DNA of 64,000 bases from Spirochaetia bacterium (GCA_965263295.1 OZ253665.1:960001-1024000); one strand, 5' to 3'; counted from the stretch's first letter, positions 41,066 to 52,200 are shown. Numbers and translations: made by a program. The notes: generated by a model from the sequence alone, not told the origin.

Positions 41066-41422
41066 TTAAATAAATAAACTGGCAATCGCTGCACTCATAA
41101 GGTTGGACAATGTCCCCCCAAGCACGGCAATGATACCAAATCTTGCAATTTCTCCGCTTCTTTTAGGAATTAAAGCCCCTAGCCCTCCGAGCAAAATGCC
41201 AATTGAGCTTAAATTGGCAAAACCGCAAAGCGCAAAACTCAAGATACCTATTGTCTTATCGGATAAGGGAAGCATTCCACTTTCGGCAACATTTACAGGA
41301 AAATATTTTACTAATTCACTATAGGCAAGAAATTCGTTAAGCATAATTTTTGTCCTTAAAATTTCCCCGGCAACTGTTGCTTCTCGCCAGGGAACACCAA
41401 TCAACCATGCGACGGGCGCTAA
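41066..41422 (-). pseudogene. 5'-truncated NupC/CNT nucleoside transporter (C-terminal part only)
   Basis: LAPVAWLIGVPW...NEFLAY...FALCGFANLSSIGI...GTLSNLMSAAIA; similarity ends near 41423 and an in-frame stop lies at 41468-41470. Confidence 0.88.
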
Positions 41423-41541
41423 CCGGCGTGCACAAGGCGGGAGAGGCGACCTGAACGAGTCGCCTTTCTAGGCCAGAAAGGCTAAAAGAAAGTGCCGCTA
41501 GGCCGAGAAAAATCATGATCTGCCACAATCTGCCAAGATTT

Positions 41542-42021
41542 TTAGATTTGCCGAAGGTGTAGAATTTGTTGATACACCTGTGCTGCCACCGGCATCACGG
41601 AGAGGCGATTGCCTTTACGCACCAGGGGGAATTCTTTGGCAAACTCGTCTGGCGAAAATTGTTGTTTGAGTTGTTGCAAGGTCACCGGCTTGTGCCACTT
41701 TTCGACAAAGGCTACGCTGACGGTATCCCAGCGCGGGGTTTCCGGCCGGGATTTCGGGTCAAAGTATTTGTTGTTGGGGTCAAATTGCGTGGGGTCGACT
41801 ACGCGCTCGCGCACGATTTTGAGCAAGCCGTATATTCCGGGAACTTTGCAATTGGAATGGTAAAAGAGGCCCAATTCACCTGATTTCATTGTGCGCAAGT
41901 AGTTTCTTGCCTGGTAGTTGCGCACCCCATCCCAAATTTCTTCACCATTTTCGCGCGTGTTGCGCTCTAAATTTTCAATACCGAATACTGAAGGCTCTGA
42001 TTTAAGTAACCAATAATTCAT
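41542..42021 (-). CDS. EVE domain-containing protein
   Basis: MNYWLLKSEP, WDGVRNYQARN, FYHSNC, YFDPKS, RLSVMPV. Confidence 0.93.
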   Translation of the reverse strand: MNYWLLKSEPSVFGIENLERNTRENGEEIWDGVRNYQARNYLRTMKSGELGLFYHSNCKVPGIYGLLKIVRERVVDPTQFDPNNKYFDPKSRPETPRWDTVSVAFVEKWHKPVTLQQLKQQFSPDEFAKEFPLVRKGNRLSVMPVAAQVYQQILHLRQI

Positions 42022-42084
42022 AAGAACTCCATTCATAAGAACTCCATTCATAAGAACTCCATTCATAAGAACTCCATTCATAAG
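42016..42084 (-). repeat. 15-bp tandem repeat GGAGTTCTTATGAAT, about 4.6 copies, covering the EVE RBS and start codon
   Basis: ATTCATAAGAACTCC at 42016, 42031, 42046 and 42061, plus a partial copy. Confidence 0.97.
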
Positions 42085-42128
42085 CAATCCTACGGGCCGG
42101 CCCAGCTCCAATGCTTGCTTCTTTTACC

Positions 42129-43973
42129 CTATTGGCGAAACTCTTTATATTCCAAATTATAGCGGCGCATGCGCAGGCCAATTTGCCTTTCCGTAATACC
42201 CAGATTTTTCGCGGCCAAACGCATGTTGCCTTTGTTGTCCTTGAGGGCTTCGTGAATCATATCTAATTCTAAACGTTCGACAGCTTCTTTTAATGTAAGA
42301 TTCAACGATGATGGCGCTGACTTGCCAGACTGCAGAGTCGGCGGCAAGTGGTGAGCATAAATCACTCCGTCTTCACAAAGAATACTGGCCCGTTCAATCA
42401 CATTTTCCAGCTCGCGCACATTGCCAGGCCAGTTGTACGCCATCAACAAGTCGATGGCACTATGGGCCAACCGCGCTACATTCGTGCCCAGGCGCAGGGC
42501 ACTCTTTTCCAAAAGGTGATCGACGAGAAGAGTAATATCGCTCTTGCGCTCACGCAATGGCGCCAAATAAATCGGGAAAACACTCAGGCGAAAGAACAGA
42601 TCCTCGCGAAAATTGTATTTTTGAACACTCGATTCCAGATCGCGGTTACTAGCTGCAATGATACGCACGTCTGTGCTGCGCGTCAGTTCAGAACCCAGGG
42701 GCTGGTATTCCTTTTCTTGCAGCACGCGCAAAAGTTTACTTTGCAGATGCATCGGCAGCTCGCTAATCTCATCGAGAAACAATGTGCCGCCTTCGGCCTG
42801 CTCAAAACGCCCTTTGCGGTTCTGCAAAGCGCCGGTAAATGCACCTTTTACATGCCCAAAAAGTTCGCTGTCGATGACGCCTTCAGGCAGAGCCGCACAG
42901 TTGACGCTAACAAACGGCCTTTTTGCACGGTTTGACCCCTGATGAATCGCACGCGCCACCAATTCCTTGCCCGTTCCGCTCTCACCCAGGATCAAAACGG
43001 TAGTGTTCACTCTGGCCACTTGCGTGATTTGTAAAAATAGTTCCTGCATGACGCTAGAACGCCCCACAATTTTTTGCAATGACTCATTTTGGCTGATACG
43101 ACTATGCAAAATGGCGTTGGCTCGCTGCAAGCGCTGTTGCTCAAGTTCCAACTCAATGCGCAAGTGGACGGTATTCGCCATTAACTCGCAAACAATCTTT
43201 AAAAACTGTGCCAATTCCCTGATGTTATTGAAAACAGGGCTGTCTAAGAGAAGTTTTTCCAGCGAAACTTTCCCCGAAACTTCCCTGTTGTGATGTTTCC
43301 CACCGTGACGTTCCCCGTCATGACGTTCTTCGGAATCAGCTAATAAGCGTTCTGGCTCCGCCGGATAGTAGAGACCGCTACTCAGCGTGCCAATGACTCG
43401 TGCTTCAGTGGTCATCTGGTGGGCCGGCATAATGGGCAGGCACAGAAAGCCTACTGGTGAATCGCTGAATTGTTCTTTCAAACCGGTGCGATTCAAGAAC
43501 TCCGGAGCCTTGTGGATGTCCGGGCAGAGGTACGGCTTCTTATTTTTTACCACCAAGCCAATGATACCTTCGCCGGGCCGGTAGCTATGACGATAGTTTA
43601 AATTGCAAGGCTTGTACTCCGCAGTCGCGTTATGCTTGCCGTCACTATGTTTCATAATCACGCTGCTCTCGACAATAATGGCTTCGTCATTGTATTCATT
43701 TTGAATGCTGAGCAGCAAAAATGGTAAATGAATTTCCTGCGCCAATAGGTTAAGGCTATTTTTCAGCAGCAAAGGCAGATTACCCGTAAGGTCTCTCTTT
43801 TCCTCTTTCGACACATGGGGCAGGTTTTGACTGAGGAGCCGATTGATGGCCGAAAGCAATGCCAGCTGTTTTTCCGTTATCTGCAAGTCATTGATGTGAT
43901 AACCTTGGCGACCAGGCAGATCATGGACAGCAGGGGCTGCAGGTGCTGATTGCAATGGTTTGTTCATAGCCAT
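42129..43973 (-). CDS. Sigma54-dependent activator, GAF-AAA+-HTH (NifA-like architecture)
   Basis: GEGIIG GAF motif, GESGTGKE, GAFTGA, LFLDEI, WPGNVREL, C-terminal HTH. Confidence 0.93.
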   Translation of the reverse strand: MAMNKPLQSAPAAPAVHDLPGRQGYHINDLQITEKQLALLSAINRLLSQNLPHVSKEEKRDLTGNLPLLLKNSLNLLAQEIHLPFLLLSIQNEYNDEAIIVESSVIMKHSDGKHNATAEYKPCNLNYRHSYRPGEGIIGLVVKNKKPYLCPDIHKAPEFLNRTGLKEQFSDSPVGFLCLPIMPAHQMTTEARVIGTLSSGLYYPAEPERLLADSEERHDGERHGGKHHNREVSGKVSLEKLLLDSPVFNNIRELAQFLKIVCELMANTVHLRIELELEQQRLQRANAILHSRISQNESLQKIVGRSSVMQELFLQITQVARVNTTVLILGESGTGKELVARAIHQGSNRAKRPFVSVNCAALPEGVIDSELFGHVKGAFTGALQNRKGRFEQAEGGTLFLDEISELPMHLQSKLLRVLQEKEYQPLGSELTRSTDVRIIAASNRDLESSVQKYNFREDLFFRLSVFPIYLAPLRERKSDITLLVDHLLEKSALRLGTNVARLAHSAIDLLMAYNWPGNVRELENVIERASILCEDGVIYAHHLPPTLQSGKSAPSSLNLTLKEAVERLELDMIHEALKDNKGNMRLAAKNLGITERQIGLRMRRYNLEYKEFRQ

Positions 43974-44249
43974 TTCTCCTCGACAGTTTTTAAAATCCGT
44001 ATTTTGACATGTTTCGAAAGCATATAAAATCTAGGCCTTGCCCAGATTTATTTTATTAGCTTTTTATAAAAATAACGAATGTGTTTAAAGACATAAAGCA
44101 GATTCTAGTGCGAACTGGTATTTTCAGGCGATTAATGGCGTATCAGAATAGAGATAAATCAATCAGACTGAATTCAAGTCAACTCACTTTAGAAATAGTC
44201 CTTGTAACTATTTCTCGACACGGTTTTGAAAAATTGCCTTTTAAACAAT

Positions 44250-46166
44250 ATGCAAAGTATTATTGGCAAACGGACCTTGGCAATCTTTGTCGGCATCTAT
44301 CTGACTACTTATTATATTGAGATGAATGGACTTAGCCAAATACTTTACGGGACTTTTACGGCGCTGTTGTTTGCCGCCATATTATGGCTGGCGCAAAGAA
44401 AATCGAAAGTGGCTCCAGAAAATCTGCGACATTCTATTCGTTGTCGCTTTGAACCAATTTTTATCCTTGGTGGCTTATTTCTGGCTATATTCTCAGGCCA
44501 CAGCCTGCGCCTGCGCGCTGTGCATCAATGCCGAGAAAACAGCCTGGCAATGCCCACTGAATTGGTACAAATTTACTATGGCCGCGTTATACGCGATAGC
44601 GTGCCCGATGCCGAAGATAATTTTCGCTTCACTCTGCAGCTCTTTGCCACCAGTGATGGGCGACATTTGCTAAGCTCTGCAAGGGGCCGGGTCCATGTTC
44701 GTGCTGCCCGGTCCAACCCGTCGCCCGGCCTAGGCCAGCTATTGGCGGTACGGGCACCTATCAAAGAATTTTCACCTGAGCCTCAAAGCCCAGCCATCCT
44801 GTTCAGCCGGGCGGGAGCTGGCTCCGTAGAAGCATTTCAACCGGGTGACTTTGCTAGACTGGTAACGCTACCTTCTGGTAGAGCCGAAGAGCTTTTGGCG
44901 TCGCGCCAGATCGCCTACGCCTTATATTCGGGAGAGCATCTGGGATGGCTGAGGCAATTTGCCCTGCGTTTGGGGCTACAAGCTACTAGCTGGTCAGCAT
45001 TTGAGCAGAAGCTGTGGTTGCGTCGCAGTATTTTGCGCCGCTGCTTATTTGATAACTTGCACAAATTGTTCCCAATCGCCGGGCGCGACCTTTTTTTAGC
45101 CTTACTCTTCGGCATTTCCGAAGAACTGCCAGAAACTGTAAAAGAAAACTTTCGCCTCTCAGGATGCATGCATATTTTGGCTCTCTCCGGTTTGCATGTG
45201 GGTATCTTGGCCAGTATTGTCAGTTTTCTTTTGCGGCCCTTGTTCGGTCTGCGCCGTTCCCTGCTCTGTAGCTCACTCATTCTCACAGGTTACTTATGGC
45301 TGGTGGGGCCGCTGCCTTCACTGACACGGTCGGTACTAATGTTTTTGCTACTTAATGCCGCCAAGTTTTGGCTGCGCCGTGGGGACAGTCTGCTTATCCT
45401 CGCCGTCAGTGCCCTACTGCAGACTCAGATATTCCCAACAGCGGCACTCAGCCTATCTTTTCAGCTATCTTATGCCGCGCTGCTCGGACTGATTTTGTTC
45501 GCCGGGCGTTTCAATACTTTGGCATTACTGCTGCACTACCGGATGGGCCTTTTTACCAGCCACTTAGGCAAGCACTGGGAACAGTCCTTTGATCAGATAT
45601 TTCATTTAGGCTGTTTGCCACGCAAAATCTTGCGCGCATGCCTCGGCGGGATATCCCGAATTTCGCGCTATGTCTTGCAGGGTATCGGTATTACACTGGC
45701 GGTACTTCTGTGCAGCGCTCCGATCCTGATCGTCAACTTTGGCCAGATCCAGTGGATTGGAATCTTTGCTTCCCTGGTAGAGACGCCAATCATTACTGTA
45801 TATATGTGTTTGTCCCTGTTGCTCTGGGCCATGGCTTACCTGCTTGACTGCCTGAATTGGGAAGGACTCTGGCTACAGCTCCACAGTTTTTACCCGTGGC
45901 TCTATCACATTAGCCTTGCACCGATGAAATTCTTTGCGCAGGCCCGCCCCTGGCAACTTGTTCGCCCCGACGGCAACTGTCTCGCCGGCCCAATTGCCCT
46001 CTACCTGATTCTAAGTTTTAGCCTGCTGATTACTCTCTACCGTTACGAACTGCGCCGTAGCCTCCCAACCCTGCGCCCTCAGATGATTCGCGTGACCCGT
46101 GTGGTGGTCAACGCGGGCAAACTGCAGGCGGCCAACCGCAGCCATGGGAAAAATTCCGAAAATTAA
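44250..46166 (+). CDS. comEC: ComEC/Rec2 competence protein (no metallo-beta-lactamase domain apparent)
   Basis: HILALSGLHVG, PSLTRS, SFQLSYAA; multiple TM helices. Confidence 0.85.
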   Translation: MQSIIGKRTLAIFVGIYLTTYYIEMNGLSQILYGTFTALLFAAILWLAQRKSKVAPENLRHSIRCRFEPIFILGGLFLAIFSGHSLRLRAVHQCRENSLAMPTELVQIYYGRVIRDSVPDAEDNFRFTLQLFATSDGRHLLSSARGRVHVRAARSNPSPGLGQLLAVRAPIKEFSPEPQSPAILFSRAGAGSVEAFQPGDFARLVTLPSGRAEELLASRQIAYALYSGEHLGWLRQFALRLGLQATSWSAFEQKLWLRRSILRRCLFDNLHKLFPIAGRDLFLALLFGISEELPETVKENFRLSGCMHILALSGLHVGILASIVSFLLRPLFGLRRSLLCSSLILTGYLWLVGPLPSLTRSVLMFLLLNAAKFWLRRGDSLLILAVSALLQTQIFPTAALSLSFQLSYAALLGLILFAGRFNTLALLLHYRMGLFTSHLGKHWEQSFDQIFHLGCLPRKILRACLGGISRISRYVLQGIGITLAVLLCSAPILIVNFGQIQWIGIFASLVETPIITVYMCLSLLLWAMAYLLDCLNWEGLWLQLHSFYPWLYHISLAPMKFFAQARPWQLVRPDGNCLAGPIALYLILSFSLLITLYRYELRRSLPTLRPQMIRVTRVVVNAGKLQAANRSHGKNSEN

Positions 46167-46300
46167 TCAGTAAAACTCATGGCCCCCTACCCGTGAGCTA
46201 CAGAAAAACTGGTCCGCAAGGCCTCTGTGTTATTCTGACGAGGAGGTTGAATTGACAATAACTAAAACTGGGACAAATAATACAGCCATCTGTACAACCC

Positions 46301-47443
46301 TTAATCTGACGATTCAGTAGAGGTCCTAGAATCTGGCAGCTCTGCTGGCTCCGCAGATTTTTCAGACTTGTTAAAATTATTGTACCACGTTTCCAACAAC
46401 TTTTCGGGCAGTCGACTGCGCAGCTTTTGTAGCAAGTTTACATCTTCGCGGCGTTGCTGCTCAATTTTTGATTCCTTTTGGATTTTTGATTCATTCTGAA
46501 AATCCAGCTGAGTGATACCGTTTTGTCCTTCCGCCGTAATTTGTTGAGCCCGCCGCGCTCCCTGTTTCAATTCCGCCAAAGAAGGCTCGCCCAACTGGCC
46601 ACCCTCTTGCTCAAACTGTTCCAGCCTCTGCATAAGTTCGCTGCGAAATTTATCTTTGGCCGCCAGGCCCTGACGGTAAACTTCTAAAGCCTTGTGAAAC
46701 TCTAATAACTCAACGTCGACAATCGGTGGACGCACATAGATATCCAGGGGAAGCCGCTTAAGCTTTTGTTGGGTCAGGGCATCCATCATGATCTGATAAG
46801 TGGCAAAGATAGCTTCAAAGGCTCCGGGAGCTTTGTTGCGTGGAGTGCTGACATCTCCGGCAATATCTACAGCAATTTTTAAGTCACAGTCTTGTGGCAG
46901 GTGATCAAAAGGCAAGTTATTGACCAGACCACCATCCACGATTATGGAATCTTCCGTTTGCACCGGCGCAAAGACATAGGGGATAGCCATGCTGGCACGG
47001 ATGGCGTAGAGAAGGTCTCCCTCCTCAAAAACCACTTCCTGGTGGCGCCAGAAATCTGTAGCGACAATTTTAAGCGGGATATTGAGTTCGGCAAAATCCC
47101 TAGTTCCCATGAGCCGATACAACAGGTCAAGCACACGCTCGCCTTTAAAGAAGCTACCGGGCTTAAAACTGGGGTCGAGTAACTGGATAAATGTGTTTGC
47201 ATTTCTCCGTTGGAAAATCTCGCGCAATAACTGACTGCGCGCTGGGAAGAAACTTTGTACAACTGTCGTAATTTCTCGCGCACTCATGCCGGAGGCATAC
47301 AAGGCTCCGAGTATGGCTCCGATACTAGTCCCGCTAATGGCGCTGGGACGCAGGCCCAACTCGTCAAATACTTCAAGTATCGGAAGGTGGGCAAAACCTT
47401 TAGCGCCCCCTCCCCCCAAAGTAAGACCAATGTTCATCCCCAT
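46301..47443 (-). CDS. Patatin-like phospholipase
   Basis: GGGGAKG, GTSIG, ASMAIP, VDGG. Confidence 0.93.
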   Translation of the reverse strand: MGMNIGLTLGGGGAKGFAHLPILEVFDELGLRPSAISGTSIGAILGALYASGMSAREITTVVQSFFPARSQLLREIFQRRNANTFIQLLDPSFKPGSFFKGERVLDLLYRLMGTRDFAELNIPLKIVATDFWRHQEVVFEEGDLLYAIRASMAIPYVFAPVQTEDSIIVDGGLVNNLPFDHLPQDCDLKIAVDIAGDVSTPRNKAPGAFEAIFATYQIMMDALTQQKLKRLPLDIYVRPPIVDVELLEFHKALEVYRQGLAAKDKFRSELMQRLEQFEQEGGQLGEPSLAELKQGARRAQQITAEGQNGITQLDFQNESKIQKESKIEQQRREDVNLLQKLRSRLPEKLLETWYNNFNKSEKSAEPAELPDSRTSTESSD

Positions 47444-47475
47444 TACTCCCTAATTATTGGCAGCTTAACGGCAAG

Positions 47476-48501
47476 TTATCTGGCCTGCTGTCCATCGTTC
47501 CAGGTGGATTGCAAAAAATGCTTGCGCCCCGAAGCCTGCACATAGTTCTGATAACGGCGCGGCTCCTTGGCAGAATAGTTTTGGTGATAATCTTCGGCCA
47601 GATAAAACGGTGCCGCCGGCGCGATCTGGGTCACAATCTGTCTATCACCAAAGACTTTAGACGCCTGTAATTGCCCTTTGCTCTCTGCGGCTAATTGGCG
47701 TTCGGCTTGACTGCGATAGAAAATAGCCGTGCGGTACTGGCTGCCGCGATCGTAGAATTGACCCTCTCGATCCGTGGGGTCAATTTGACGCCAGAATATA
47801 TTCAGTAAAGTTTCATAACGGATCACTTCTGGCTGATACAGGATCATGATCGCTTCATAGTGGCCCGTCTGGCCTCTGCTGACCTCTTCGTAGCCGGGGT
47901 TCTCCACTGCGCCGCCGGTATAACCGCTCAGCACCCGCACGACACCGGCTAAACTGGCAAATGCGGACTCGGTGCACCAGAAACAACCGCCGGCAAAAAT
48001 AGCCAATGAAAACAATGGATTATCCTGCGGCAACTCCTGTGGATTGTCCATGAACAGCGGAAGGTAGTCGCGATATCCCTCGGCACTCAGGTCTTCTTGC
48101 GGCACGAAGCGCAAGGCTGCCGAATTGATGCAATAGCGCTTGCCTGTCGGCAAGGGCCCGTCTTCAAACAGGTGGCCTAAATGCGAGTCCGAACTATGGC
48201 TGCGCACTTCAATTCGCTTCATGCCCAAACGATTATCTTCGCGACACTCAATGTTTTTATCGTTAATACTTTTGAAAAAACTGGGCCAGCCCGAAGCCGA
48301 GTCATATTTGTGGATAGAGGCAAACAGTGCCGTGGCGTCGTGGGGGTCGACGTACAGGCCAGGGCGATCATTGTCCCAATAGGCATTGCGAAAGGCCGGT
48401 TCGGTACCATTTTGTTTGGTAATTTGACGCACCAGTTTGGGGTCTTGGGGCACAAGGTGCTTTGCTGATTTTGACCCGTCTTGTTCAATTGAGCGCTGCA
48501 T
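47476..48501 (-). CDS. msrAB: Bifunctional methionine sulfoxide reductase MsrB-MsrA
   Basis: MsrB motifs GWPSF, HLGHLF and RYCINS, then MsrA motifs GGCFWC and AEDYHQNY; start MQRSIE after RBS GGAGG. Confidence 0.95.
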   Translation of the reverse strand: MQRSIEQDGSKSAKHLVPQDPKLVRQITKQNGTEPAFRNAYWDNDRPGLYVDPHDATALFASIHKYDSASGWPSFFKSINDKNIECREDNRLGMKRIEVRSHSSDSHLGHLFEDGPLPTGKRYCINSAALRFVPQEDLSAEGYRDYLPLFMDNPQELPQDNPLFSLAIFAGGCFWCTESAFASLAGVVRVLSGYTGGAVENPGYEEVSRGQTGHYEAIMILYQPEVIRYETLLNIFWRQIDPTDREGQFYDRGSQYRTAIFYRSQAERQLAAESKGQLQASKVFGDRQIVTQIAPAAPFYLAEDYHQNYSAKEPRRYQNYVQASGRKHFLQSTWNDGQQAR

Positions 48502-48775
48502 AATAACCTCCGCTTGGAAGCTCCCGCTTCTCCTGCTTTTGGGGCAGGACTGGCTAAAAAATATGTATTCTGAGTTTGAGCTTCGCCAATAAATATAAGT
48601 TGAAACAGGCACTTGTGCCAACACCCAGCCAATATTTCGCAATATGAAATTGAATTATAGCAAAAATCTTTTCAAATTACTTTAAATGGATTATGCAGGG
48701 GAGCAAATTGAGGCTTCACCTGTAAATGAATGAACAATATAATCGTGGCGATTAGCTTACCAATAGGAGAAGTCA

Positions 48776-49264
48776 ATGAAAAGAATCTATGGGATAATTT
48801 TATGCATGCTCATTTTAAATGGTTGCGCTTCAATCAAAGAGGCATTTACTCCACCGCTTGGTTTTCAGGCAGGTCCCGATTCAAAAAAGATGTCAATTAC
48901 TATTGCCGTTGATGGCGACAAAAAGGATTTATTTACCGATCTAAACATTTGGGTTATCCAGAATTTTCAATCAGCCAAGACAGTGATACAGTATTCGGAC
49001 AAAGAAGCCGGGGTTATATCTGGCCGGTATTTAGCTAGAGATGATTTTGATGACTGGAATGATTTATATGTAATGTTTACAATTAAAGTCAGCAACACAA
49101 AAATTATCCTGGAATTTGTGGCTGAGGGCAAGGTCCCCTCTGACGATATGCCCAAAATTCACGCTTTCATTAGTCCCCCCAAAATCGGGGAATTGCGAAG
49201 TGATTGGGAATCACTTGCGCAACAGCTAGCTGTAACCATGGGGGGACACGTTCAAACTGAATAA
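48776..49264 (+). CDS. Putative lipoprotein (DUF4468-like)
   Basis: Lipobox LNGC; WVIQNFQSAKTVIQYSDKEAGVI. Confidence 0.7.
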   Translation: MKRIYGIILCMLILNGCASIKEAFTPPLGFQAGPDSKKMSITIAVDGDKKDLFTDLNIWVIQNFQSAKTVIQYSDKEAGVISGRYLARDDFDDWNDLYVMFTIKVSNTKIILEFVAEGKVPSDDMPKIHAFISPPKIGELRSDWESLAQQLAVTMGGHVQTE

Positions 49265-49278
49265 AGCTCTTTATAGCT

Positions 49279-52200
49279 TTAGTGCAGTTCGCCCCAGGAG
49301 CGCTGGCTCCATTCGCCGTTGACTTTCAGGGGCACGTCCAGTTTGCAGGCGTTTTCCATGATTCCCAGCACCAGAGACTGCAGTGCCGCGCGTTCTTCGT
49401 CCGGGGCCTCAAAGATGAGCTCGTCGTGGACCTGCAAGAGCATTTGACTTTGCCAGCCCTCGCTGGCCTTGTGGTTCAGTTCGGCATCGAGCAAGATCAT
49501 GGCCCGCTTGACAATGTCGGCGGCGCTGCCTTGCACCACCGTGTTGACGGCCATGCGTTCGCCGTGACTGCGTTCGTTTTTATTATTGCTGCGCAGTTGG
49601 CGAATTGCGCGCCGCCGGCCCGCCAGGGTCGCCACGTAACCTTGTTCCCGGCTGCGCGCGAGTGTCTGGGCAATGAAATTTTTTACGCCTGAAAACTCCT
49701 GAAAATAAGCTTCGATAAAACTCTGGGCGTCGTTGCGGCTCAGGCCCAAATCTTGCGACAGACGGAAGGCCGACATGCCGTAGATGACGCCAAAATTAAT
49801 ACTTTTGGCAATGCGCCGCTGCTCGGCGCTGACTGTTTGCGGCGCGACGTGAAATAGTTTGCTGGCCGTTTGCTGATGGATATCGCGCCCAGACTGGAAA
49901 GCGGCACAAAGTCCGGGGTCCGCCGAAAGATGAGCTAACACGACGAGCTCAATCTGTGAGTAGTCGGCAGAGAAGAAACTCCAACCGGGCCGAGGCTGAA
50001 ATGCGCTGCGGATGCGGCGCCCCGCGGCATCCTTGACGGGGATATTTTGCAAGTTGGGGTCCTTGCATGAAAGGCGTCCCGTTTCGGTGCCGATCAACGA
50101 AAAGTGGGTATGAATGCGCCCACTGCGGGCAAGAATCATTTCTGGCAGAGATTTGACATAGGTAGAGTACAGTTTGCCCAGGCGGCGGTACTCCAGCAGC
50201 GGAGCGATGGCCGGGTGGGCGTGCAGTAATTTCTCCAAGATACTATTGTCGGTAGAATAGCCGGTCTTTGTCTTTTTGCCGGGCGGCAAGCGCAGTTTTT
50301 CAAACAGAACTTGGGCCAATTGCTGCGTCGAGTTCAGGTTGAAAACCTCGCCCGTAAGGCTTTGCACCATGCTTTCCAGCTTTTGCAGTTCGTCCATTAG
50401 TTCCGCGGCATAATGGTCTAGCTGACTGCGCTCACAGCCAATGCCGCGCAGTTCCATATCCCCCAGAATACGCACCAGGGGCATTTCCAGCTCAAAAAAA
50501 AGGGTTTCCAGCCCACACTCTTTCAGCCGGTTGGCAAAACACTCATAGAGTTGCCAGGTGATATCGGCATCTTCGGCAGCGTACGGCACGGCTTCTGTCA
50601 GCGGCACGTCGGCAAAGGTTTTTTGTACCTCGCCTTTCTTGGCCTTGGGAACCAGGTCTTTGAAATGGATGGGCTCTATGCCGAGGTAACGGACGGCCAG
50701 AGCATCCATGCCTACCGGTTGCAGGCTGTCCAGTACCCAGGCCGCGATCATGGTATCGAAATAGATATGGTTGAGTTTCAGGCCCCAGTTTGCCAGGACT
50801 TTGAAGTCAAACTTAAAGTTCTGCCCGATGATTTTCACATCTGGGCCGAGGCATGCGGCGAGCCGTCTGCGCACTAATTCAGCGCTGAGCAAGGGCTCCA
50901 CGGCTTCGCTATCGTTCTGCGGGTTGATTTTTAACGGGATATAAGCCGCTTGGTGCTTGGCGATGGCGAGTGAAATGCCGACCAACTGATCACTGAGTTC
51001 GTTCAGTCCGGTCGTCTCTGTGTCGATGGCCACGAACTTTTGGCGGTCAATACGCCGGCACCATTTTTGCAGCTCTTCGTCTGTTTGAATGCATTCATAG
51101 GCTCCGAAGACTTCGCCGGGCGTCCGCCGGGCGCCATGCTGGGTGGCATCTTGGATCGTATTCAGGATAGCATGCTGGGTAGTCTGGCCTCGATTTGCAG
51201 AGTCTGCACTTTCCATCTGGCGGATAGAATTTGCCGTTTTTGAGTGGAGTTTAGGCGGCATCAGGGCGAGGCTTTGCTTTTCTAGTAGTCGGTCTTCTTG
51301 ATTTTTTATTGGCCCGTTGAGAGTTGCTCCACAGGGAAATTTTTCACGGGGCTGGGCAGGAATTTCAGCATTCTTTCTGGGCACTTCACCAAGAGCGGCC
51401 TTGGCGCCATCAGCTTTACCTTCAACGGATATATTATCCCGTACAGGAGCCTGGGCCTGGGCAAACTCGCCAGCGATTTGGTTCAGGCCCAGGCCTTGAA
51501 GGAAGATGGCAAAATTGTGGTTTGGCTGCGCCCCCTTCCCGCTGTATGCCGTGGCCGGGACTTCTAGCTCGCGCCATAATTCGTCCCATGGCAATTGCCC
51601 AAACTCTGGCAATTGGTCTTCCAGGCGGACTAACTCATAACTTAAAAAGGCCGTTTCGCGCGATTCTTCCAGCTTGTTGCGCATGCTATTGGACTTGATC
51701 TCCGCCAAGTGGGCGTAGATACCTTCCATGCTGTGGTAGTCGGCTAAAAGTCTGGCTGCACCTTTGGCCCCAATGCCTTTCACGCCGGGCACGTTGTCCG
51801 AAATATCCCCGACAATTGCCAGATAATCGCGTATTTGCTGAGGTTCTACGCCCCATTTTTCTATGACGTAGGCAGCTCGGTGGTATTCAATTTGACCTTT
51901 TTCCAGCTTTAAGATGCTGATACGATCATCAATCAACTGATAAAGATCTTTATCTGCTGTGACTATATTGCAGCCGCATTTCTCGGCGCTGGCGCGTCTT
52001 GCCAAAGTGGCAATCAAGTCGTCCGCTTCGTAGCCAGAGCACTGATAACGGGGAAGCCCCCAAAGCTCTAGTAACGGCTTCAGGTGGCTGAGCTGTGCCA
52101 CTAAGTCATCGGGCGCAGCGTCGCGATTGGCCTTGTATTTTGGATATAATTCATGGCGAAAAGTCGGTCCTCCACCGTCGAGCAGTATGGCCACATGGGC

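Noticed and set aside
41436..41490. Hairpin and 13-bp match (GGCCAGAAAGGCT) to the tail of repeat locus A at the nupC breakpoint
   Set aside because: Too short to distinguish from chance, and the core CACGAAA arms are absent
42129..43973. Evidence for nitrogen fixation
   Set aside because: Domain architecture alone does not identify NifA, and no nif genes are nearby
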